Shown piece by piece: positions 58,596 to 64,000 of a stretch of DNA of 64,000 nucleotides; the first letter of the stretch is position 1; each line of letters opens with the position of its first letter. Made by a program: the position numbers and the translations under genes. Where the stretch lies: positions 1,280,001 to 1,344,000 of the forward strand of contig CBDCDA010000001.1 of assembly GCA_965215335.1 (NCBI GenBank), in the 5' to 3' direction. The notes under the pieces were generated by a model. The model was given only the letters and a program-made list of their open reading frames with translations. It was not told the DNA's origin and did not search any database. The stretch comes from an uncultured Candidatus Entotheonella sp. (GTDB taxonomy: Bacteria > Tectomicrobia > Entotheonellia > Entotheonellales > Entotheonellaceae).

Positions 58596-58816
58596 ACGTC
58601 GACCTCCCTTGCCTGAACCTCAATTCGCTGTGCACGTCGGGTTCTGAAATCGCCGAAAGTGTAGCACCGCAGAAAGCCCATGCAAAGCCAAAAGTAGCGG
58701 CTCGCGCCAAGATGGCGCGGCGTTGAGAAGACAGACGATTGTGGTATAACAGGGCCGCCGGGCTGGCTTGGCGGCGGCCTGGACCGCATTCCGTCACATG
58801 AAAGGGGGGATTGGAC

Positions 58817-60103
58817 ATGGCCAAGTCGGCCGCGGTCGGCATGATTGCGTCGCTTGTCGCTGTGCTGTGCATTGCCGGCGCCAGTGCGCAGGCGCGGCAG
58901 TTGACGCTGGCCGAGGCGATCAGCCTAGCGATGGCCCACAACCCCGCCCTGGCGGTGGAACGGCATGGCATGGACATTGCCGGCGGCGAGGTCACCAAGG
59001 CACAGATTTACCCACACAATCCTGAACTCGATGTCGCCCCCGCCCTCGGGGGCGACCGCCATCCGCCGGATCCCGAACTGAGATTTGCCTACGACGTCCA
59101 AGTCGGCGTGTCGCAGGTCGTGGAACTCAAGGGGCAAGGGGCCATTCGGCGGCGGCGGGCGAAGGCGCTGGCCGCTCAGGCGTCGTGGCAGGCGCGAGAC
59201 GCCGAGCGCGGCGTGCGGGTGCAGGTGCTGCGCGCCTTCGGCGCCGTTCTGCTGGCGCAGCAGCGCGTGCGGCTGGGAGGCGAGATTGTCGACTTGAGCC
59301 GCGAGTTGCTGCGGGTGGCCAGGGAACTGTACGAGGCGGGTCATGTGCCGCGCCTGGACGCTCGGCGCGCCGAGGTGGAGGAACGCCTGGCGGTCAACGA
59401 ACAGACCGCCGCGCAGCGTGCGTTGACGGCCCTGAAACACGACCTCGCTCTGCTCATGGGGCAGCCGTCCGACCTGTCGTTCGAGGCATTCGGCCCGTTG
59501 GCCTACGACACCCTGGCCACCGTCGAGCGCGCCCTGGTCGAGAACGCCCTGAGCGTGCGCCCGGACGTCAGAGCCGTCGAAGCCGGCTTGCAGGTAACCG
59601 AGGCCGAGGCCGCCCTGGTGCAGGCGGAGCAGACGTTCCCAGCGGTCAATCTGTCAGCCTACTACGAGTTCGGCCGCGAAGCCGAGGCGCGGCAGCACCG
59701 CGCCGTGTTCGGCCTGTCGGTGCCGCTGCCGGTGTTCAACCGCCGCGAAGGCGACCTGGAGATCGCCATGGCGCGGCGTTCCCGGCAAGCGGCAAGCTTC
59801 GATCTGGTCAAGGCCACCATCAGCGCGCAGGTCGCCCGGGCGCTGGCACGCTTTCGCTCCTCGCGCCGCATCGTGGAGCAGTTCACCCAGCACGTCCTGC
59901 CGCAGCAGCAGGAGAATTTCGAGATGCTGCGCGAGGGTTACCAGCTCGGTCAGTTCACGCTTACCGAGGTGCTGGTGATTCAACGCGAGTTCATCCAGGG
60001 CCGCTCGCGCTACCTCGACGTCATCGCTGATTTCAACGCCGCGCTCGTCGATCTGGAAGCCGCCAGCGGCGGCGGCGTCATCGACATCAACCGCAAGCCC
60101 TGA
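58817..60103 (+). CDS. TolC/CzcC-family outer membrane efflux protein
   Basis: Signal peptide, LTLAEAI..A..HNP, RPDV, GLSVPLPVFNR, YQLG. Confidence 0.9.
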   Translation: MAKSAAVGMIASLVAVLCIAGASAQARQLTLAEAISLAMAHNPALAVERHGMDIAGGEVTKAQIYPHNPELDVAPALGGDRHPPDPELRFAYDVQVGVSQVVELKGQGAIRRRRAKALAAQASWQARDAERGVRVQVLRAFGAVLLAQQRVRLGGEIVDLSRELLRVARELYEAGHVPRLDARRAEVEERLAVNEQTAAQRALTALKHDLALLMGQPSDLSFEAFGPLAYDTLATVERALVENALSVRPDVRAVEAGLQVTEAEAALVQAEQTFPAVNLSAYYEFGREAEARQHRAVFGLSVPLPVFNRREGDLEIAMARRSRQAASFDLVKATISAQVARALARFRSSRRIVEQFTQHVLPQQQENFEMLREGYQLGQFTLTEVLVIQREFIQGRSRYLDVIADFNAALVDLEAASGGGVIDINRKP

Positions 60104-60125
60104 CGCGAACAAGGCGAGGGTACAC

Positions 60126-61415
60126 ATGGCCAAAAACGTTGCGATCATCATCCTGGCAGGTCTGCTGGTACTGGTTGTCGGGCTGTTGATCGCCAGCAAT
60201 CCGCACTGGTTCGCTACGCTGCAAGAGGCGCGGCGCGTCCTGCCGGTCACCGGCCCCCAGCAGGGCGCTGAGGGGCCGTCTCACCTCGCGCCGGGCCGAC
60301 ATGACGACGAACACGAGGCAGACCCCTCGGAGGGCATCGAACTCACCCCCGAGGAGGCGGAGCGCCTCGGCCTGCAAACCGCCAGCGTCGAGCCGCACGT
60401 GATTGAAGAAACGGTGACCGTCAACGGCGTCATCCGGCCTATTCCCGACCTGGTGGCATCGGTCAGCAGCCGCGTGGCCGGCAAGGTCATGCGCGTCGTC
60501 GGCAATGTCGGCGATGCGGTGCAGGAGGGCCAGACGCTGGCCGAGCTGCAGAGCACGGCTCTGGAGGAGTTGCAGACCGATCTGCAGACCGAGTTGCTGC
60601 AAGCCCGCAACCGCCTGCAACTCGCCACCGCTGACTTGGCGCGTCTCCGCTATCTCGTTGAGCGCGGCATCGGCGCCAAGCGCGTGCTGCTGCAAAAGGA
60701 GACGGAGGTCAGCAGCATCAACGTGGAAATCGCCGGCATCGAAAACCGCCTGCGCATCATCGGCCTGGAGCCGGAGTCATCCGACTCGGCTCAGGACGGC
60801 GCCCAAGCCGCCTCGATCCTCACCCTGCGAGCGCCACGCACCGGCGTCATCATGCACCGCGACGTCACCCTCGGTGAGACCATCGACCCCGCCAAGATGC
60901 TCTTCCGCATCGCCGACATGCAGCGCGTTTACGCCGAGGGGGAGGCCTTCGAAATCGACGCCGCGGCGCTCCGCAAGGGCCTGCCCGTGCGGGTACAGGT
61001 GCCGGCCTATCCTGGGCGCACGTTCGACGGCGAGATCGCCGGCATCAACTACGAGGTCGAGTCGAAGGAGAAGACCATTCCCTTCCGGGTCGAGATTGCC
61101 AACGACCCGCCGTACCCGCTGAAGTCCAACATGACCGCCATCCTCACGGTCACCGTCGGCAGCCGCGGTAACACCCTGGCGGTGCCGCACGCCGCGGTGA
61201 TCAGCGACGGCGCCGAATCGGCCGTCTTCGTGCAGGAGGACGGCAGCTTCCACAAGCGCACGGTGCGGCTCGGCATCCGCGACGACCGCTACGCCGAGAT
61301 CAGGAGCGGCCTGGAGGCCGGGGAGCAGGTGGTGACGACGGGGAAACGGCAGCTATACACCATCCTGCGGCTGGGACGCGACAGCGACGATCTCGAGGAA
61401 ATGGGCGGCGATTAG
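60126..61415 (+). CDS. RND efflux periplasmic adaptor (CzcB/CusB-like)
   Basis: SSRVAGKV, GDAVQEGQTL, LRAPRTG, LAVPHAAV, SGLEAGEQVV; His/acidic patch HDDEHE. Confidence 0.9.
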   Translation: MAKNVAIIILAGLLVLVVGLLIASNPHWFATLQEARRVLPVTGPQQGAEGPSHLAPGRHDDEHEADPSEGIELTPEEAERLGLQTASVEPHVIEETVTVNGVIRPIPDLVASVSSRVAGKVMRVVGNVGDAVQEGQTLAELQSTALEELQTDLQTELLQARNRLQLATADLARLRYLVERGIGAKRVLLQKETEVSSINVEIAGIENRLRIIGLEPESSDSAQDGAQAASILTLRAPRTGVIMHRDVTLGETIDPAKMLFRIADMQRVYAEGEAFEIDAAALRKGLPVRVQVPAYPGRTFDGEIAGINYEVESKEKTIPFRVEIANDPPYPLKSNMTAILTVTVGSRGNTLAVPHAAVISDGAESAVFVQEDGSFHKRTVRLGIRDDRYAEIRSGLEAGEQVVTTGKRQLYTILRLGRDSDDLEEMGGD

Positions 61416-61524
61416 CGATTAAGGGCAGTGATCAGGGGCCAATAAAACCCTGGGCCGGCCAGCGATCACTGGCCGCCGGTTTTCGTCTTTGCTGGCCAAC
61501 TGGCCACTAATCACTGGGGTTTCC

Positions 61525-64000
61525 ATGTTCAGCAAGCTCATTCAGTGGTCTCTGGAAAATCGGCTGGTGGTGGTGGTCGGCGTCATCGCCACCGCCATTG
61601 CCGGTATCATGGCGGCGCGCGAAATCCACCTCGACGTGTTCCCGGACTTCGCACCGCCGCAGGTGGTGATCCTGACGGAGGCGCCGGGATTCTCGCCGGA
61701 AGAGGTGGAAACGCTGCTTGCCCTGCCCATCGAGGCCGCCCTGAACGGCACCCCCGACGTGGTCAGCGTGCGGTCGTCAGCCATCGTCGGCCTGTCCACC
61801 ATCGTGGCGGTGTTCGAGTGGGGCACCGATCTCACCGTCGCGCGCCAGAAGGTCGCCGAGCGGCTTCGGCAGGCCGAGCAGCAGCTTCCCCGGGGCGTCG
61901 AGGCGCCCGTCATGCTGCCGGTGGCGTCGGTCATGGGCCGTCTGCTGGAGTACGGCCTCACCTACGAAGGCGACGACGACGCGGTGTCCGACCTCGATCT
62001 GCGGACCATCTGCGAGTGGGACATCCGCAACCGCCTGCTGGCCGTTTCGGGCGTCGCCTCGGTAGTCTGCATCGGCGGCGGTGTCAAGCAGTACCAAGTG
62101 GTCGTCTCACCCCACAAGCTCAAGGCCTACGATCTCACCCTGCCGGAGGTCATCGAGGCCGTCGAGGCGGCCAACCTGAATCTGCCGGGCGGGGTGCTGA
62201 AAAGCTCGGACCAGGAATACGTCGTCACCGGGCGCGGGCGTATCACCTCGTTGGAAGATTTGCGAAACTCCGTCATCACGATGCGGGGCGGCAACCCGAT
62301 CACCATTGCCCAGGTGGCCGAGGTGCAGCTGGGCGCGGCGCCGAAGCGCGGCGACGCCAGCCTGAACGGCGGCAAGCCCCTGGTCCTCGGCGCCGCCACC
62401 AAAGCCTTCGGCGCCGACACGCTGACGACCACCTACGCGGTCGAGGCGGCGCTCGACGAGATTGAACCGACGCTGCCCGAGGGCGTCAAGCTGCACAAGG
62501 CGCTGTTCCGCCAGGCGACCTTCATCGAGGCCACCATCGAGAACCTGAGGGCCGCGCTGCTGCAAGGCGCCGGCATCGTCACCGCCGTCCTGTTCATCTT
62601 CTTCCTCAGCTTCCGGCCCTCATTCGTCAGCTTCCTGGCCATGCCGTTCTCGTTGCTGCTGGCGATCATCGTGCTCAGGGCCCTCGACGTCGGGATCAAC
62701 GCCATGACCCTCGGCGGCATGTCGGTGGCCCTCGGCGGCGTGGTCGACGACGCCATCATCGACGTGGAGAACATCTTCCGGCGGCTGCGCGAAAACCGCC
62801 AGCGTGCCGTTCCCGATTCCCCTCTGCGGGTGATCTACCGCGCCTCGATGGAAATCCGTACCTCCATTGTCTACGCCACCCTCATCACCATGGTCGTCTT
62901 CTTGCCGGTGTTCTTCCTGTCCGGCCCCGAGGGACGCATTTTCACGCCGCTGGGGATTTCCTACTGCATCGCCATCTTCGCCTCGCTGCTGGTCGCCTTC
63001 ACGCAGACGCCGGTGCTGTGCTCACTGTTCCTGACCGGCGGCCGGCTGCTGGACAAGGAGAGCGCCACGAGCGTCGGGCTGAAGAACGTCTACCGGCGGG
63101 TGCTGCAACCGGCGCTGCGACATCCGTGGTGGGTAGTCGGGTGCGCCGCGGCCATGCTGTGCGCGACGATCGCGCTGATCCCCGCGCTGGGGCGGGAATT
63201 CCTGCCGCGCTTCCACGAGGGGAATTTCATCGTCGCCATGACGGCCCTGCCCGGCACCTCGCTGGAGGAATCCATGCGCCTCGGGCGGCAGGCGCAGGAG
63301 CGGCTGCTGACCTATCCCGAGGTGGTGTCGGTGGTGCAACGGGTGGGTATGGGCGAGGTCGGCGAGGAGGTGTCGCCGGTCAACTTCAGTGAGTTCGACA
63401 TCACCCTGCACTTTGCCGAGCGCGACCCCGACGAACTGATCCGGGCCATCCGTGCCGACCTGGGCCAACTGCCCGGCGTAGCCATCAGCGTCGGGCAGTT
63501 CATCGCACATCGCATGGACGAGGCGCTGTCCGGCGTCACCGCCCAGATCGCCGTGAAAATTTTCGGCCCCGACCTCGACATACTGTGGGACAAGGGGCAG
63601 GAGGTACGGACCATCATGCAGCGCGTCGACGGCGTGACCGATCTCGAGCTGGAGCCGCTCGTCAACGTGCCCATGGTGGCCGTCAAAGTAGACCGCCCGA
63701 AAGCCGCCAGCTACGGCCTGCCGGCCGAGGACGTGTTGCGCGTCGTCGAGGTGTTCGGCAACGGCTACGTGGTTTCCCAGGTCGTCGAGGACCAGAAGTC
63801 GTTCGATCTGGTGGTGCGGTTCGCGTCCGCCGGGTCGCCCGACCTGGAGGCGCTGCGGGACGTGCTGCTGGACACGCCCACCGGCGCCCGCGTGCCGCTG
63901 CGACAGGTCGCCGACGTGTTCCTCGAAGCGCGCCCGTACATCATCAACCGCGAGGACGTCATGCGCCGCATCGTGGCACGCTGCAATGTCGAGGGGCGAG
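61525..64000 (+). CDS. CusA/CzcA-family heavy-metal RND permease (runs off the window)
   Basis: Translated by hand: MFSKLIQWSLENRLVV, DVFPDFAPPQV, GGVVDDAIIDVENI, EFLPRFHEG; no stop seen before the end. Confidence 0.92.
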   Translation, partial: MFSKLIQWSLENRLVVVVGVIATAIAGIMAAREIHLDVFPDFAPPQVVILTEAPGFSPEEVETLLALPIEAALNGTPDVVSVRSSAIVGLSTIVAVFEWGTDLTVARQKVAERLRQAEQQLPRGVEAPVMLPVASVMGRLLEYGLTYEGDDDAVSDLDLRTICEWDIRNRLLAVSGVASVVCIGGGVKQYQVVVSPHKLKAYDLTLPEVIEAVEAANLNLPGGVLKSSDQEYVVTGRGRITSLEDLRNSVITMRGGNPITIAQVAEVQLGAAPKRGDASLNGGKPLVLGAATKAFGADTLTTTYAVEAALDEIEPTLPEGVKLHKALFRQATFIEATIENLRAALLQGAGIVTAVLFIFFLSFRPSFVSFLAMPFSLLLAIIVLRALDVGINAMTLGGMSVALGGVVDDAIIDVENIFRRLRENRQRAVPDSPLRVIYRASMEIRTSIVYATLITMVVFLPVFFLSGPEGRIFTPLGISYCIAIFASLLVAFTQTPVLCSLFLTGGRLLDKESATSVGLKNVYRRVLQPALRHPWWVVGCAAAMLCATIALIPALGREFLPRFHEGNFIVAMTALPGTSLEESMRLGRQAQERLLTYPEVVSVVQRVGMGEVGEEVSPVNFSEFDITLHFAERDPDELIRAIRADLGQLPGVAISVGQFIAHRMDEALSGVTAQIAVKIFGPDLDILWDKGQEVRTIMQRVDGVTDLELEPLVNVPMVAVKVDRPKAASYGLPAEDVLRVVEVFGNGYVVSQVVEDQKSFDLVVRFASAGSPDLEALRDVLLDTPTGARVPLRQVADVFLEARPYIINREDVMRRIVARCNVEGR

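Noticed and set aside
61416..61520. CRISPR or tandem array between the adaptor and permease genes
   Set aside because: Only short imperfect CACTGG/CAGTGA motifs; no constant repeat-spacer period.

Overview
A GC-rich bacterial chromosomal window with ordinary housekeeping and metabolic genes: a DUF58/VWA cluster, engB, metK, CoA-transferases, an LLM oxidoreductase, mutY, a 2-oxoacid/acetoin dehydrogenase E1a-E1b-E2 operon, nfeD-stomatin and a TolC-MFP-RND efflux operon cut by the window end. Several accessory blocks are interleaved. (1) A ~13 kb defence island (41867-54928) bounded by 135-bp direct repeats of the 3' end of its own cysteine desulfurase gene. It encodes an SspABCD-like DNA phosphorothioation module. 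Where sspE would be expected, it carries a GIY-YIG nuclease, a DGQHR protein, an SF2 helicase, a MORC-type GHKL ATPase and an HKD/PLD nuclease. This is the best candidate for an undescribed system. (2) An IS5-bounded 6.5 kb composite transposon with a three-gene surface glycosylation cassette and a C15 tract; it splits a methyltransferase gene that rejoins in frame across the TA target. (3) A frameshifted Eco29kI-type nuclease paired with an SPPY amino-methyltransferase. (4) An IS graveyard around an O-antigen-ligase-like gene, including a 133-bp MITE. Two signals are missed by the ORF track: a probable selenocysteine rhodanese (in-frame UGA at the catalytic position plus a SECIS-like hairpin), and a self-contained ~160-nt transcript with a 17-nt perfect complement to the 16S rRNA 3' end. 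No rRNA, tRNA or CRISPR array was seen. All family calls come from motif recognition by eye; no database search was run.
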